In this document: positions 1 through 11,400 of the stretch, in pieces
Layout: each line of letters opens with the position of its first letter
Numbering within the stretch: the stretch's first letter is position 1
NCBI GenBank assembly: GCA_013204025.1
Contig: JABMOW010000147.1
Location: 7,742 to 71,741 of the forward strand
Source of the DNA: Fidelibacterota bacterium
Lineage (GTDB): Bacteria; Fidelibacterota; Marinisomatia; SCGC-AAA003-L08; JACNLC01
Reading direction: 5' to 3'
DNA: 64,000 nt
Notes under the pieces: model-generated
Database searches by the model: none
Seen by the model: only the letters and a program-made list of their open reading frames with translations
Told to the model about the DNA's origin: nothing
Position numbers and translations under genes: made by a program

Positions 1-192
1 AAATCGACACCCGAGCAGTTGTTTTCGTCCATCAATTCAGTCATGCCATACTGGAAAAGCCATTTTCTGTACAGGAACGTTTTAAAATTTGGACAGAAGT
101 TCTGTCGAGCTAGAAAACCAGATTGTGGTGAGTGCACACTGCGTGAAATTTGCGATTTCAATCTTTTGAAAAATGATTGGGCGTCTCTGTGA
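1..192 (+). CDS. Endonuclease III / HhH-GPD family DNA glycosylase, 3' end only
   Basis: Manual frame-1 translation gives ...FGQKFCRARKPDCGECTLREICDF...*, the C-x6-C-x2-C-x5-C [4Fe-4S] motif. TGA at 190-192 overlaps the next GTG. Not in the ORF track. Confidence 0.85.
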   Translation, partial: KSTPEQLFSSINSVMPYWKSHFLYRNVLKFGQKFCRARKPDCGECTLREICDFNLLKNDWASL

Positions 193-881
193 AAGTGAAT
201 ATTCTCACAGTTGGGAAGCCCCCAATCCCTATAGAAAGTACATTTGGAAGTACAGGAGAATGGATTCGAAAAATCATTCCCACTGAGTGGGAATCGTATA
301 TCATCAATTACTCAGGGAAACCATTCTTAACTGAAAAAATATCAGATAGTTGGATAATTGCAGGTTCATTTTCTTCAATCACCGATACATCCGAGTGGAT
401 GCAAACATTAATTGATGAAACGAGAGAGTTAATCCGATCGAAGATCCCCATTTTGGGCGTATGCTTTGGGCATCAACTATTGGCCACATCAATGGGTGGC
501 AAAGTCATACCCAATCCGATGGGAATGGAAATCGGATACTCAGAAATCCATCTGACAGAAGCAGGCAGAAAAACGTATTTGTACGAGGATAATCTCGACG
601 GCTTTTTTGTTTGCCAATCCCATGTAGATACCGTTATAGAACCTCCCAGAAGTTCTATCATATTGGCCAAGAACCAATATGGAATTCAGTCTATCCAATA
701 CGATGAGCACGTTTTCGGTGTACAATATCATCCTGAATTTAGTTCAGGACTGATGTGCTCTTTATTCGATTATTATCGGATAGATAATACCGCCCAAGAC
801 GGGCATGAGATATTGCCTGACCTGACAGTGTCCGAGCAGGTTTTATTTAATTTTCTTAATGCGTTAAAAAAGGAAAAATAG
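189..881 (+). CDS. Class I glutamine amidotransferase-like protein (stand-alone)
   Basis: GVCFGHQ nucleophile elbow and QYHPE His-Glu motif. Likely start is GTG 189 (GTGA overlap); the track starts at TTG 177. Confidence 0.85.
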   Translation: MKVNILTVGKPPIPIESTFGSTGEWIRKIIPTEWESYIINYSGKPFLTEKISDSWIIAGSFSSITDTSEWMQTLIDETRELIRSKIPILGVCFGHQLLATSMGGKVIPNPMGMEIGYSEIHLTEAGRKTYLYEDNLDGFFVCQSHVDTVIEPPRSSIILAKNQYGIQSIQYDEHVFGVQYHPEFSSGLMCSLFDYYRIDNTAQDGHEILPDLTVSEQVLFNFLNALKKEK

Positions 882-883
882 TT

Positions 884-1573
884 ATGCAGTTACCACTTTA
901 TGAATTAAAAGAAGTTACTTATCAATCAGGCGATTTTAGAGCGCTAGACATTAAAAAATTCGAGATTCACCGGGGGACCGTCTATTCAATTTCAGGTAAA
1001 CCCGGTTCGGGAAAATCTGTTTTTATTGATATTTTATCAAATAAATTGAAAGCAAATTCAGGTGAAATTAATTTTGAAGGTCAGAAAATCCAGGCTGTTT
1101 CTCGAAAAGAATTTGCTAGTCAATTGGCAATTGTTTCACAGATCGATAAAGCGCCTTGGGGTACTGTCCAAAAATATATGGAAAAAACTTTAAGCCGTTA
1201 TGAACATACTAGTAAAGATAGAGAAAAACGGATTGAAAAAATTTCTAAACAAATGGAAATCTCTCACTTACTTGAAAGACCGATGAAACAACTCACACCG
1301 GGTCAATTACGATGGGTGATATTGGCCGCAAACATCGCCGCAGATACAAAAGTTCTGTTGATTGATGAGATAGAAAAACATTTGTCACCAGATGCACTGA
1401 TGAACATAGTCAGAATATTGTACAAAAAAAGTAATTATGATGGAAACACCGTCATTGTTTCTACTCAAAATCCTGAAGCGCTGAAAAAAATGGTTACTAT
1501 CTTCATTACGATGAACAGTGGTAGAATTTCCAGTGTTCGCTCAGCCACAAAACGAAGAAGAAGTAATTCCTAA
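884..1573 (+). CDS. Divergent ABC ATP-binding protein
   Basis: Walker A GKPGSGKS and Walker B LLIDE; degenerate signature LTPGQ; Q at the H-switch position (STQ). Confidence 0.8.
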   Translation: MQLPLYELKEVTYQSGDFRALDIKKFEIHRGTVYSISGKPGSGKSVFIDILSNKLKANSGEINFEGQKIQAVSRKEFASQLAIVSQIDKAPWGTVQKYMEKTLSRYEHTSKDREKRIEKISKQMEISHLLERPMKQLTPGQLRWVILAANIAADTKVLLIDEIEKHLSPDALMNIVRILYKKSNYDGNTVIVSTQNPEALKKMVTIFITMNSGRISSVRSATKRRRSNS

Positions 1574-1680
1574 ATCATGAATTATTTATGCTTAAGTTCA
1601 TGTCTATTGGATCCATTAAAACAGGATAAAATCCATTCATTATGGGAGTAAAGTAAGAATGCAAATTGATTTGTATGAGA

Positions 1681-1710
1681 TTGGAAATATTTACTCAATC
1701 CGGGTAAATT
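1681..1710 (+). promoter_or_regulatory. Putative sigma70-type promoter TTGGAA-N18-TAAATT
   Basis: Lies in a 150-bp gap ahead of a long operon. The same TAAATT hexamer recurs before other unit heads. Confidence 0.4.
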
Positions 1711-1723
1711 TCAGACTTAATTT

Positions 1724-2743
1724 ATGAAGACAAGCAACAATATATCCCAAGCCATTCTTGATCGCCAAATTCTGGAGGCAAGTACAATTTTGTTGACATC
1801 ACACATCAATCCAGATGGTGATGGCATTGGATCAGAGCTTGCACTCTATTATCATTTATCTGAAATGGGAAAAGATTGTAGGATTATCAACACATCGAAA
1901 ACACCTGAAGTGTATTCATTTTTGAATGAAAATAAAGTCATTGAGACATATTCGGTAGATCATGATGAGTGGATAAAAAAAGCTGCTCTTGTTATCATAT
2001 TAGATATCGGTGATATTAGTCGTATTGGTGAAATGAGAAATTTATTTTCTAATAAATCCATCTCAATTTGTATTGATCACCATCCCGCAAGAGATGAAAA
2101 AGTGTACACATACACGATGATTAATACAGAAGAGCCTTCAACGGGTTCGATCGTGTACAAATATCTTATTCATGCGCGAAATAATAAAAAGCTGCCTCTA
2201 AACATTGCCGTACCATTATATGTTGCATTGATCACAGATACAGGCTCATTCAGGTATAGCAACACCAATTCAGAAGCTCACCATATGGCTGCTCATCTAA
2301 TTGAATCAGGCGTAAAACCAAATGAGATACAAAACTACGTTTATGAAAGCAGACCAATGGTTCAGGTGAAGTTGCTTGGTAAAATCATTGATGGACTTCA
2401 ATTCCAATTCGAGAAGCAATTTGTTTGGTTCATTGTCAACTCGAAAATGATGAGTGAATGTGGTGCCTCTCACAAGGATATCGATGGATTTACCGATTTT
2501 GCCAGAACTATTCAAGGTGTGGAAATTTCATGCATGATCCTTGAATTACCGGATAATAACATCAGATTGAATTTTCGTTCAAAGGGAAAATATTCAGTTA
2601 ATGATATTGCTGGGAAATTTAAAGGTGGCGGACATCCTTTTGCCGCAGGTGCCGTTATCGAAAATTGTGATGTGACGGATGCAGAAAATCTAGTACTTGA
2701 AGAAATGAAATCAAAATTTTGCGGAAGTAGTGATGTCAATTAA
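1724..2743 (+). CDS. nrnA: DHH/DHHA1 phosphoesterase (NrnA-type oligoribonuclease/PAP phosphatase)
   Basis: HINPDGD, IDHH, TDTGSF and GGGHPFAAG motifs. Confidence 0.9.
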   Translation: MKTSNNISQAILDRQILEASTILLTSHINPDGDGIGSELALYYHLSEMGKDCRIINTSKTPEVYSFLNENKVIETYSVDHDEWIKKAALVIILDIGDISRIGEMRNLFSNKSISICIDHHPARDEKVYTYTMINTEEPSTGSIVYKYLIHARNNKKLPLNIAVPLYVALITDTGSFRYSNTNSEAHHMAAHLIESGVKPNEIQNYVYESRPMVQVKLLGKIIDGLQFQFEKQFVWFIVNSKMMSECGASHKDIDGFTDFARTIQGVEISCMILELPDNNIRLNFRSKGKYSVNDIAGKFKGGGHPFAAGAVIENCDVTDAENLVLEEMKSKFCGSSDVN

Positions 2744-3296
2744 AAGTGATCGATGGATCGAGCAGATGGCTATCCAACACAAAATGATTGAACCGTTTGA
2801 ATCAAAACAGAATCATAATGGGAAGATATCGTATGGTGTGTCATCATATGGCTACGATTTAAGAGTATCAGATGAATATAAAATATTCACAAATGTAAAC
2901 AACAGCATTGTCGACCCAAAACATTTCGATGAACGTTCATTCGTAAACTTTCGTGGAGATATTTGCATCATTCCCCCAAACAGTTTTGCGTTGGCAAGAA
3001 GTGTTGAATACTTTCGGATACCCAGAAATATTTTGACCCTTTGCGTGGGAAAATCCACTTATGCCCGTTGTGGAATCATCGTAAACGTAACTCCCTTTGA
3101 GCCGGAATGGGAAGGATTTGTGACGTTGGAAATTTCAAATACTACACCTCTTCCTGCAAAAATCTATTCCAATGAAGGATTATGTCAGGTATTATTTTTT
3201 GAAAGTGATGAAGTGTGCCGGACCTCGTACAAAGATAAAGCTGGGAAGTATCAAGCACAAACCGGTATTACCCTCCCCAAAATGAAAGACAATTGA
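2730..3296 (+). CDS. dcd: dCTP deaminase
   Basis: [29 protein letters not shown] and KYQAQ motifs. Confidence 0.95.
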   Translation: MMSIKSDRWIEQMAIQHKMIEPFESKQNHNGKISYGVSSYGYDLRVSDEYKIFTNVNNSIVDPKHFDERSFVNFRGDICIIPPNSFALARSVEYFRIPRNILTLCVGKSTYARCGIIVNVTPFEPEWEGFVTLEISNTTPLPAKIYSNEGLCQVLFFESDEVCRTSYKDKAGKYQAQTGITLPKMKDN

Positions 3297-3297
3297 T

Positions 3298-4140
3298 GTG
3301 AAAATCATCGTTGCAAAAGATGCCGGTTACTGTTTTGGTGTTCGTGATGCAGTAAATATCGCGTATGAAACCACTAAAAAGTACGGGTCAATTTATATGC
3401 TGGGTGATATCGTCCATAATGAAAAAGTTGTGGCCGATTTGGCAAAAGCAGGCACAAAGGTTGTCGAAAATCTGGAAGATATTCCTTCGGACAGTCCGAT
3501 ATTATTCCGAGCACATGGTACATCAACACCTGTTTGGGAAAAAGCAAAATCCAGGAATATGGATATCATCGATGCAACGTGTCCATTAGTGCACGAAATC
3601 CACAATGAAGTTAAAAAACTTGATAAAGAAGGCAGACACATTATCGTTGTTGGTGACCACGGGCACGATGAAGTTCTTGGAATTTCAAGTCAGGTACAAA
3701 ATGTGCTGGTCATCGCTACCCCCGAAGAAGCTTCTAAATTACCAAAAATGAAACGAGCTGGTGTAGTTTGCCAGTCCACACAAACTATTGAAAATGTACA
3801 GGAAATTATAAATATTCTGATGACAAAAGTATTTGATCTTCATTTCGTGAATACTATCTGTTTCCCCACAAAAAGAAATCAGGAGCAAATAAAAATTCTG
3901 GCCGAAAAATGTGATATCATGTTAATTATTGGATCATTCACCAGCGCAAATTCAAAAAGGCTGACTCAGCTATCAAGTGATATAAATAAAAATTCTTATC
4001 AGGTAACCTGCGCCGATGATCTCAACCCGGACTGGTTTACAGGTGCAAAAACAATCGGAATTTCTGCCGGTGCGTCAACACCTGACTATATTATCAATGA
4101 AGTAAAAAAAAAATTAAAAGAATTGGGAAATAAAAAATGA
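3298..4140 (+). CDS. ispH: 4-hydroxy-3-methylbut-2-enyl diphosphate reductase
   Basis: GYCFGV, IVHN, DATCPLV, TIC, SANS and AGASTP motifs. Confidence 0.95.
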   Translation: MKIIVAKDAGYCFGVRDAVNIAYETTKKYGSIYMLGDIVHNEKVVADLAKAGTKVVENLEDIPSDSPILFRAHGTSTPVWEKAKSRNMDIIDATCPLVHEIHNEVKKLDKEGRHIIVVGDHGHDEVLGISSQVQNVLVIATPEEASKLPKMKRAGVVCQSTQTIENVQEIINILMTKVFDLHFVNTICFPTKRNQEQIKILAEKCDIMLIIGSFTSANSKRLTQLSSDINKNSYQVTCADDLNPDWFTGAKTIGISAGASTPDYIINEVKKKLKELGNKK

Positions 4141-5018
4141 AAACAGGAACATTTGAAGTTAAAAAAGGCCTAGCTGAAATGCTTAAAGGTGGTGTGATAA
4201 TGGATGTGACCACACCCGAACAAGCCAAAATTGCTGAAGATGCAGGCGCTGTTGCAGTAATGGCTTTGGAGAGAATTCCCGCGGATATACGGAGAGACGG
4301 TGGAATTGCCCGGGCATCAGATCCCAAAATGATCAAAGAAATACAAGCGATAGTGTCAATTCCTGTAATGGCAAAATGTAGGATTGGACACTTTGCAGAA
4401 GCTCAAATACTTGAAGCGCTGGGAGTCGATTTTATTGATGAAAGCGAAGTATTGACGCCTGCAGATGAATCCAATCATATCTGGAAGCAGGATTTTAAAA
4501 TTCCTTTTGTATGTGGTGCGAGGGATTTGGGTGAAGCTCTTCGACGGATTGGCGAAGGTGCTGCAATGATTAGAACAAAAGGTGAGGCTGGTTCTGGAAA
4601 TATCGTTGAAGCGGTTAGACATATGAGAACTATTCAGAACGATATGAAACGTTTGACTACATTAGGATACGATCAACTAATGGCTGAAGCGAAGAAATTA
4701 GGCGCTCCTCTTGAATTGATACTGGAAATATCCAAAACGGGAAAGCTACCTGTGCCAAACTTTAGTGCGGGTGGAATTGCAACTCCGGCAGATGTTTCAC
4801 TTATGATGCAACTGGGGGCAGAGTCAGTTTTTGTAGGTTCAGGGATTTTCAAATCTGAGGATCCTGCACCCAGAGCAAGAGCCATCGTAGAAGCCGTAAC
4901 CTATTATAATGACTTCCTGAAATTAGCCGAAATTTCAGAAGGTTTGGGAAGCCCAATGAAGGGCTTGGACATAAAGGATATTCCCGAAAATCAGAGAATG
5001 CAGGAAAGAGGCTGGTAA
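4137..5018 (+). CDS. pdxS: PLP synthase lyase subunit
   Basis: [27 protein letters not shown] and C-terminal MQERGW. Confidence 0.97.
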   Translation: MKTGTFEVKKGLAEMLKGGVIMDVTTPEQAKIAEDAGAVAVMALERIPADIRRDGGIARASDPKMIKEIQAIVSIPVMAKCRIGHFAEAQILEALGVDFIDESEVLTPADESNHIWKQDFKIPFVCGARDLGEALRRIGEGAAMIRTKGEAGSGNIVEAVRHMRTIQNDMKRLTTLGYDQLMAEAKKLGAPLELILEISKTGKLPVPNFSAGGIATPADVSLMMQLGAESVFVGSGIFKSEDPAPRARAIVEAVTYYNDFLKLAEISEGLGSPMKGLDIKDIPENQRMQERGW

Positions 5019-5020
5019 GA

Positions 5021-5584
5021 TTGACAATTGGCATATTAGCATTACAAGGTGGTTTTGACCTTCATAGACACGTATTCGAAAATCTGGGACAAAAAGCTGT
5101 TTTGATCAAATATCCCGATCAGCTTCAAGATTGTGACGGATTAGTCATTCCGGGAGGAGAATCTACTACCATGACCATGCAAATGCATTCTAATGGATTA
5201 TTTGATTCGATTTATGAATTTTCGCAAAGTCATCCTGTAATGGGTACTTGTGCAGGTGCGATTCTGATGGGGAACGATGTTGATGATCCACGTGTAACAC
5301 CTTTGAAAATTATGAATATTGAATGTCAACGAAATTCATGGGGAAGGCAGGTATTCTCATTTCAATCAGAGATATTATTAACTTTTGATCCTGACGAATC
5401 GTTTTATGCCACCTTTATCCGAGCACCTAAAATGATTCCATCCGATGAAAAAATTGAAATTCTAGCACAATTTAACGGTGAGCCCATACTATTAACTGAT
5501 GGAAATCATATAGCAGCTTCCTTCCATCCTGAAATCGGTACAGATTACCGGATTCACGAACATTATCTGAGATTATTGAAATGA
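5021..5584 (+). CDS. pdxT: PLP synthase glutaminase subunit
   Basis: LALQG, PGGEST, GTCAG, FIRAP and FHPE; directly after pdxS. Confidence 0.95.
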   Translation: MTIGILALQGGFDLHRHVFENLGQKAVLIKYPDQLQDCDGLVIPGGESTTMTMQMHSNGLFDSIYEFSQSHPVMGTCAGAILMGNDVDDPRVTPLKIMNIECQRNSWGRQVFSFQSEILLTFDPDESFYATFIRAPKMIPSDEKIEILAQFNGEPILLTDGNHIAASFHPEIGTDYRIHEHYLRLLK

Positions 5585-7440
5585 TACAATACAAATATTT
5601 AAATACAATCGATGATCCATCGGACTTAAAGAAATTGAGTGTTGAGGAGCTATTCGAATATTCAAGCGAACTCAGCCATTTCATGCGGACCACTATTGAA
5701 GAGATCGGTGGACATTATTCTTCTCCACTTGGAGTAGTCGATCTGTCAATTGCTCTTCACTATGTTTATAATTCTCCATCTGATAAATTGATATGGGATG
5801 TAGGTCATCAAGCATATGCACATAAAATTATCACTGGCAGAAGAGATAGATTTAATACATTACGTAAGAAAAACGGGATCAGTGGGTTTCTAAAGCGCGA
5901 TGAAAGTCCTCATGATATTATCGGTGCTGGACATGCTAGTACGGCGATATCCTCTGCATTGGGTATCGCACATGCCAGAGATAAACAAAATCTTAATGAG
6001 AGAGTCGTTGCGATCGTAGGTGATGGCGCCATGACGGGAGGGTTATCTTACGAAGGACTCAATAATCTAGGATACCATCGGACGCAATTGACGGTAGTTT
6101 TAAACGACAACTCATTGTCCATATCACCAAGTGTAGGTGCATTATCCGGATATTTGACCCGGGTTGTAACGAACCCTACTTATAATAAGATCAGAGATGA
6201 TATCTGGAATGTCACCGGTAAAATCCCAACCTTTCCATCAAAAGTTATTCGAAAATTTCTTCGCAAAACAGAGGAAGGGATTAAGGGATTTTTCACCCCA
6301 GGTGCACTTTTTGAAGAACTTGGATTGCGATATGTTGGACCAGTTGATGGACACAATTTAGAACTTCTGATTCAGACTTTTAATTCAGTTAAGGATTTTC
6401 CAAATCCCACATTAGTACATGTTTATACTAAAAAAGGTAGAAGTTCCGAACTTGCAGAATTGGATTCGGTCAAATATTACAGCATGCCCGGCAAAAAAAA
6501 TAAAGTGGCTGTTAAGCCTGCTCCTGACTACTCTGAAATATTTGGAAAATGCCTCAGGTCTTTAACAGAAGAAAAAGATATTTTCTGTGTTACTGCTGCC
6601 ATGGGGATCGGTACTGGAATGAGCAAATATGTGGATGAATTTAAGGGTCGATATATCGATGTTGGTATTGCTGAAGGGCATGCAATCACCTATGCCAGCG
6701 GATTATCTTCCTCGGGTCTTCTCCCCATTGTTGCAATTTATTCAACGTTTATTCAACGAGCATACGATAACATTTTCCACGATATTTTACTTCAAAATCT
6801 CCCGGCGATATTTTGTATGGACAGAGCAGGTCTGGTAGGGCCGGATGGACCAACGCACCATGGCGTATTTGATATTCCACTTTTAAGAATGCTGCCCGGT
6901 ATTATCCTGTCAGCACCATCAGACGGCGACGAGTTTTTTGACCTCCTGTTTACAGCCGTTCGGGAACGTAAACCGTTTGCCATTCGCTATCCAAAAGATA
7001 CAAGCCATTCATATGATGAGAATCGTAAACCTGAAAAGTTGAAAATAGGATCATGGGAAATTCTGAATGATGGTAGCGAAATCGCTGTGATAGCAGTGGG
7101 TAGCATGGTCAAGATAGCGGAGAATTCTGTTTCAAAGATTCAGCAGGAGCTAAACGTAAACCCGACGATTATCAATGCCAGATTCATTAAACCTTTCGAT
7201 GTGGAAATGTTAAACAATATCGCAAAATCCCATTCTCATATCATCACAATGGAAGAAGGCGCTCTGTCAGGTGGATTTGGTTCATCGCTTCTCGAATATC
7301 TTAATCAGGAAAAATTAAATGTCGCAGTACGTTGTCTTGGAATACCAGATCAGTATATTGAACAGGGTACGAGACAAGAATTGCTTGATGACCTAAAGTT
7401 AAATGTTGATGGATTGAAAGAAGTAATAAGTAAACTTTGA
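5581..7440 (+). CDS. dxs: 1-deoxy-D-xylulose-5-phosphate synthase
   Basis: [18 protein letters not shown] (TPP site), [10 protein letters not shown] and DGPTHHG. Confidence 0.96.
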   Translation: MIQYKYLNTIDDPSDLKKLSVEELFEYSSELSHFMRTTIEEIGGHYSSPLGVVDLSIALHYVYNSPSDKLIWDVGHQAYAHKIITGRRDRFNTLRKKNGISGFLKRDESPHDIIGAGHASTAISSALGIAHARDKQNLNERVVAIVGDGAMTGGLSYEGLNNLGYHRTQLTVVLNDNSLSISPSVGALSGYLTRVVTNPTYNKIRDDIWNVTGKIPTFPSKVIRKFLRKTEEGIKGFFTPGALFEELGLRYVGPVDGHNLELLIQTFNSVKDFPNPTLVHVYTKKGRSSELAELDSVKYYSMPGKKNKVAVKPAPDYSEIFGKCLRSLTEEKDIFCVTAAMGIGTGMSKYVDEFKGRYIDVGIAEGHAITYASGLSSSGLLPIVAIYSTFIQRAYDNIFHDILLQNLPAIFCMDRAGLVGPDGPTHHGVFDIPLLRMLPGIILSAPSDGDEFFDLLFTAVRERKPFAIRYPKDTSHSYDENRKPEKLKIGSWEILNDGSEIAVIAVGSMVKIAENSVSKIQQELNVNPTIINARFIKPFDVEMLNNIAKSHSHIITMEEGALSGGFGSSLLEYLNQEKLNVAVRCLGIPDQYIEQGTRQELLDDLKLNVDGLKEVISKL

Positions 7441-7447
7441 GGCAATC

Positions 7448-9097
7448 ATGAATCGAAAATACAATGAATGCAGGGATAAATGGCTTGACGAAGCAACGAA
7501 GTCAAAAAATCGTGACTATGACTTCAATACGGTTTCCGGCGAAACAGTAGATTTGCTTTATTATCCAGAAAATGGAGATGAAAAATATCTGGACAAGTTG
7601 GGTTTTCCCGGACAATTCCCTTACACTCGAGGAGTACATCCAAATTTGTACAGAGGTCGTCTGTGGACCATGAGGCAGTTTGCTGGATTTGGTACTCCAT
7701 CGGAGACGAATAACAGATTCAAGTTTCTGCTTAAACAAGGTCAAACCGGTTTATCTGTGGCATTTGATATGCCCACGCTAATGGGATATGATTGTGATCA
7801 CGAATTTTCTGATGGGGAGGTGGGCAAATGTGGTGTTTCAATAAGCTCACTGAAAGATATGGAAGAATTATTTGACGGAATTCCACTAGATAAAGTCAGT
7901 GTATCACAAACGATTAATGGACCAAGCGTAATCCTGTTGGCATTTTATATTGCAGTAGCAGAAAATCAAGGGATTGATAGCTCGATCCTTCGTGGTACAC
8001 TTCAAAATGATATTTTAAAGGAGTATATCGCTCAAAAGGAATGGATTTACCCTCCTCGAGAATCCATGAAAATCATTACGGATATGATCGAATACTGCAC
8101 TGAACATCTTCCTCAGTATAACACTATCTCAATCAGCGGATACCATATTCGTGAAGCTGGATCTACCGCTGCTCAGGAACTGGCGTTTACTCTCGCTGAT
8201 GGATTTACCTATGTAGAACATGCCATCGAACGAGGACTGGATGTTGATCAATTTGCACCAAGATTATCCTTTTTCTTTAACTCACATCTGGACTTTTTTG
8301 AAGAAATAGCAAAATACAGAGCTGCGAGACGGATTTGGGCAAAACGGATGAAAAATAAATATGGAGCCAAAGATCCGCGGTCATGGAAATTGAGATTCCA
8401 TACGCAAACTGCAGGTTATACACTTACAGCCCAGCAACCTGAAAATAATATTGCCAGAACATCCTTTCAAGCGCTTGCTGCAGTCATTGGAGGGACGCAA
8501 TCCTTGCATACCAATTCCATGGATGAAACTCTTGCATTGCCTTCTGAAAAAGCAGCTGAGATAGCACTTCGCACTCAACAATTGATCGCATTTGAAACTG
8601 GTGTCGCCAATGTGATTGATCCGTTGGGAGGATCTTGGTATGTTGAAGAATTGACGGACAAACTCGAAGAAAAAGCTGAATCCTATTTCAAACAAATCGA
8701 TGACCTCGGTGGAGTGATTCCAGCCATTGAACAAGGATTTTTGCAGCGTGAGATTGCTGAATCCGCATCGGCATATCAAAGATTAGTCGATGAAAAGAAG
8801 AGAATTGTGGTTGGCGTAAATGAGTTTATAAAAGATGACGAGAATATCGAAATTCCAATTCTTGAAATTGGTGATGATGTCGAAAAAAAACAAATTCAAA
8901 AATTACATGATGTGAGGGCTTCAAGAGATAATCAATTTACATTGCAATGCCTTTCTGAACTTACGCAAGCCGCCCGGACTGGTGATAACGTTATGCCTCA
9001 TCTTATTCAATGTGCAAAGGCATATGCCTCGTTGGGAGAAATGGTAGATGCAATGAAAGTTGTGTACGGAGAGTGGACTGAATCCACAGTGATTTAG
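7448..9097 (+). CDS. Methylmalonyl-CoA mutase family, stand-alone substrate-binding (large) subunit
   Basis: [32 protein letters not shown] and TQSLHTN; no C-terminal DxHxxG B12-binding domain. Confidence 0.92.
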   Translation: MNRKYNECRDKWLDEATKSKNRDYDFNTVSGETVDLLYYPENGDEKYLDKLGFPGQFPYTRGVHPNLYRGRLWTMRQFAGFGTPSETNNRFKFLLKQGQTGLSVAFDMPTLMGYDCDHEFSDGEVGKCGVSISSLKDMEELFDGIPLDKVSVSQTINGPSVILLAFYIAVAENQGIDSSILRGTLQNDILKEYIAQKEWIYPPRESMKIITDMIEYCTEHLPQYNTISISGYHIREAGSTAAQELAFTLADGFTYVEHAIERGLDVDQFAPRLSFFFNSHLDFFEEIAKYRAARRIWAKRMKNKYGAKDPRSWKLRFHTQTAGYTLTAQQPENNIARTSFQALAAVIGGTQSLHTNSMDETLALPSEKAAEIALRTQQLIAFETGVANVIDPLGGSWYVEELTDKLEEKAESYFKQIDDLGGVIPAIEQGFLQREIAESASAYQRLVDEKKRIVVGVNEFIKDDENIEIPILEIGDDVEKKQIQKLHDVRASRDNQFTLQCLSELTQAARTGDNVMPHLIQCAKAYASLGEMVDAMKVVYGEWTESTVI

Positions 9098-9122
9098 CAC
9101 GGCCAGGGAGTCCCATAACATC

Positions 9123-10253
9123 GTGAAAACTTATTCAAAAGTATTTGATCATAATCACCCGTTTACGCTAGGCGTTGAAGAAGAATATATGCTTTGTGAT
9201 CCGACCTCAGGAGAATTAGTACCTAAAGCGGATCAAATTATAAAAAGAATACCTGAAGAGTTTAAGGATCGTTTTAGTTTTGAACTGATTCAGACAGAAA
9301 TTGAAGTGAATACGAAGGTTTGTAAATCTGTCGATGAAGCCATTGATGAAGTCATAAATCTCCGAAATCGGGTAGCTGATATAGGACGCGCAGAAAATTA
9401 CCGCATTGGGATTAGCGGTACGCATCCCACTGCTAAACCCCTTGATCAAAAATTTGTAACTGCACCCGGATATCAGTGGGTCGCAAACCAACTTGGATAT
9501 TATGCGAAAAGGAACATTACGTTTGCTACTCATGTGCACGTTGCAGTTCCTGATGCAGAATCTGCTATTTGCATCTGTAATGCCTTGAGAAGATGGATTG
9601 CTCCACTTCTTGCGTTAAGTACAAACTCGCCCTTTTTTGAAGGTGTTCAAACCGGAATATTATCATCCAGATGTTTTCAATTCGGGACATTCCCTCGGAC
9701 TCATATACCTGCTACCTTTAAATCTTATGAAGAATACGAGAGCTTTGTTAATAGACTGATCGAAATTGGAAGCATTGAAAAGCCTCGACAAATTTGGTGG
9801 AAAATACGTCCCTCTATGGATTTTGGGACGATTGAGTTTAGAATGTTCGACATTCAGAGATCATTAAAACGAACTAAATTGCTGATAGCTCTGTCTCAAG
9901 CATTGGTTTTTCAAGCTTATGACGAATATGTAAATGGTGTTTTAACCGAAGATTTACCAATGGAATTTCTTGAAGACGGATTATGGAAAGCCATTCGGTT
10001 TAAGTTTGATTCTAAAATTGTAGACCCTGTAAAATTAGATACAGTTACAATGGAAGAATTTATTCTGCGGTTAATAGACTATGTCAAACCAGCTCTTATT
10101 CATTTTGGAAATCAGGGAGTCCTAAAGACGGTAGAAAAGATTTTGAAAAACGGATCAGAAGCAGATGAACAAATCGCCATTTTCAATAACGAAGGAATGT
10201 CAAAACTGTTGAATTATCTCATGGATAAAACAGAATTTCAGATTGAAGATTAA
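9123..10253 (+). CDS. YbdK/GCS2-family carboxylate-amine ligase
   Basis: FTLGVEEEY, GTHP, HVHV, NSPF, WWKIRP and GTIEFRMFD. Confidence 0.9.
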   Translation: MKTYSKVFDHNHPFTLGVEEEYMLCDPTSGELVPKADQIIKRIPEEFKDRFSFELIQTEIEVNTKVCKSVDEAIDEVINLRNRVADIGRAENYRIGISGTHPTAKPLDQKFVTAPGYQWVANQLGYYAKRNITFATHVHVAVPDAESAICICNALRRWIAPLLALSTNSPFFEGVQTGILSSRCFQFGTFPRTHIPATFKSYEEYESFVNRLIEIGSIEKPRQIWWKIRPSMDFGTIEFRMFDIQRSLKRTKLLIALSQALVFQAYDEYVNGVLTEDLPMEFLEDGLWKAIRFKFDSKIVDPVKLDTVTMEEFILRLIDYVKPALIHFGNQGVLKTVEKILKNGSEADEQIAIFNNEGMSKLLNYLMDKTEFQIED

Positions 10254-10317
10254 CATCAGATCACACTTCAAATGAGTCCAGATCACGAAAGATTAAAATT
10301 ATTATAAGGAAAGAATT

Positions 10318-11391
10318 ATGCCCAGAAAAATAGTACATATTGTTGGTACAGGTACAATTGGGGAACCTCTGATCGGGTTACTTAGCGATTTTCGGGATAA
10401 ATTGGGGATTGATGAAGTCACATTCCATAAAAACACGCCTTTAACAACTGATCGGGCAAAAGTGAAGGCTTTACTTAAACGCGGAGCTCGCCTGGCTACA
10501 CTGGAAGATCGTTTTGATGGATTCAATGCGATTGGTCTTCGTCCTGAATTTACGACGGAAGAAGCCATCGAAAGAGCCCGTGTGGTCATTGACTGTACGC
10601 CCAGTGGAGTGGGCCACCAAAATAAAACCCAGTATTATGAAAATTATAAACATAATACGTTGGGATTTATTGCTCAAGGAAGTGAGTTTGGTTTTGGAAA
10701 AATGTATGCCAGAGGAATCAACGATGAGGTTCTTGACACAAAATCGGATCAGTATATTCAGGTAGTTTCCTGCAACACTCACAACCTATGTGCTATTATC
10801 AAAACTTTAGCTATCGAAGATGAACCTGAAAATAATCTGATAAGTGGTCGCTTTGTAATGATTCGTCGGTCAAATGATGTAAGTCAGTCGTCATCATTTG
10901 TCCCATCACCACAAGTTGGCAAGCATGAAGATCAGATTTACGGAACTCATCATGCACGTGATGCTGCGTTACTTTTTAAAACCGTTGGTCTGGATTTAAA
11001 TTTATTTTCTTCAGCGATGAAAGTGAATACCCAATACATGCATTCACTCCATTTTCATTTAAAAATTAATAATCCCACGACGCTTCAAAAGGTGCTTGCG
11101 AAGCTGGATGGGAACAAGCGAATCGCTACCACAGACAAGCGAGATGCCTGTCAGGTATTTTCGTTCGGACGAGATCAGGGACATTTTGGCAGAATTTTGA
11201 ATCATACGGTGGTTGCAGTCCCCAGCTTGCATGTCAGTTCAGATGGTAAGGATATTACCGGCTTTTGCTTCACTCCACAGGATGGTAATTCATTGATGTC
11301 ATCCATATCAGCTGCTATGTGGTTTTTATATCCGCATTCTTATGAAAGCAAGATACAATGTCTACTACCACTATTTTTTGATGAGGTATAA
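10318..11391 (+). CDS. Divergent class II (archaeal-type) GAPDH-like NAD(P)-dependent dehydrogenase
   Basis: Rossmann GTGTIG, IDCTP, catalytic VVSCNT, RRSND, HHARD and MHSLH match the archaeal GAPDH motif order (VVSCNT, RRxxD, HH, MHxH). Confidence 0.72.
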   Translation: MPRKIVHIVGTGTIGEPLIGLLSDFRDKLGIDEVTFHKNTPLTTDRAKVKALLKRGARLATLEDRFDGFNAIGLRPEFTTEEAIERARVVIDCTPSGVGHQNKTQYYENYKHNTLGFIAQGSEFGFGKMYARGINDEVLDTKSDQYIQVVSCNTHNLCAIIKTLAIEDEPENNLISGRFVMIRRSNDVSQSSSFVPSPQVGKHEDQIYGTHHARDAALLFKTVGLDLNLFSSAMKVNTQYMHSLHFHLKINNPTTLQKVLAKLDGNKRIATTDKRDACQVFSFGRDQGHFGRILNHTVVAVPSLHVSSDGKDITGFCFTPQDGNSLMSSISAAMWFLYPHSYESKIQCLLPLFFDEV

Positions 11392-11400
11392 ATAATCAGC

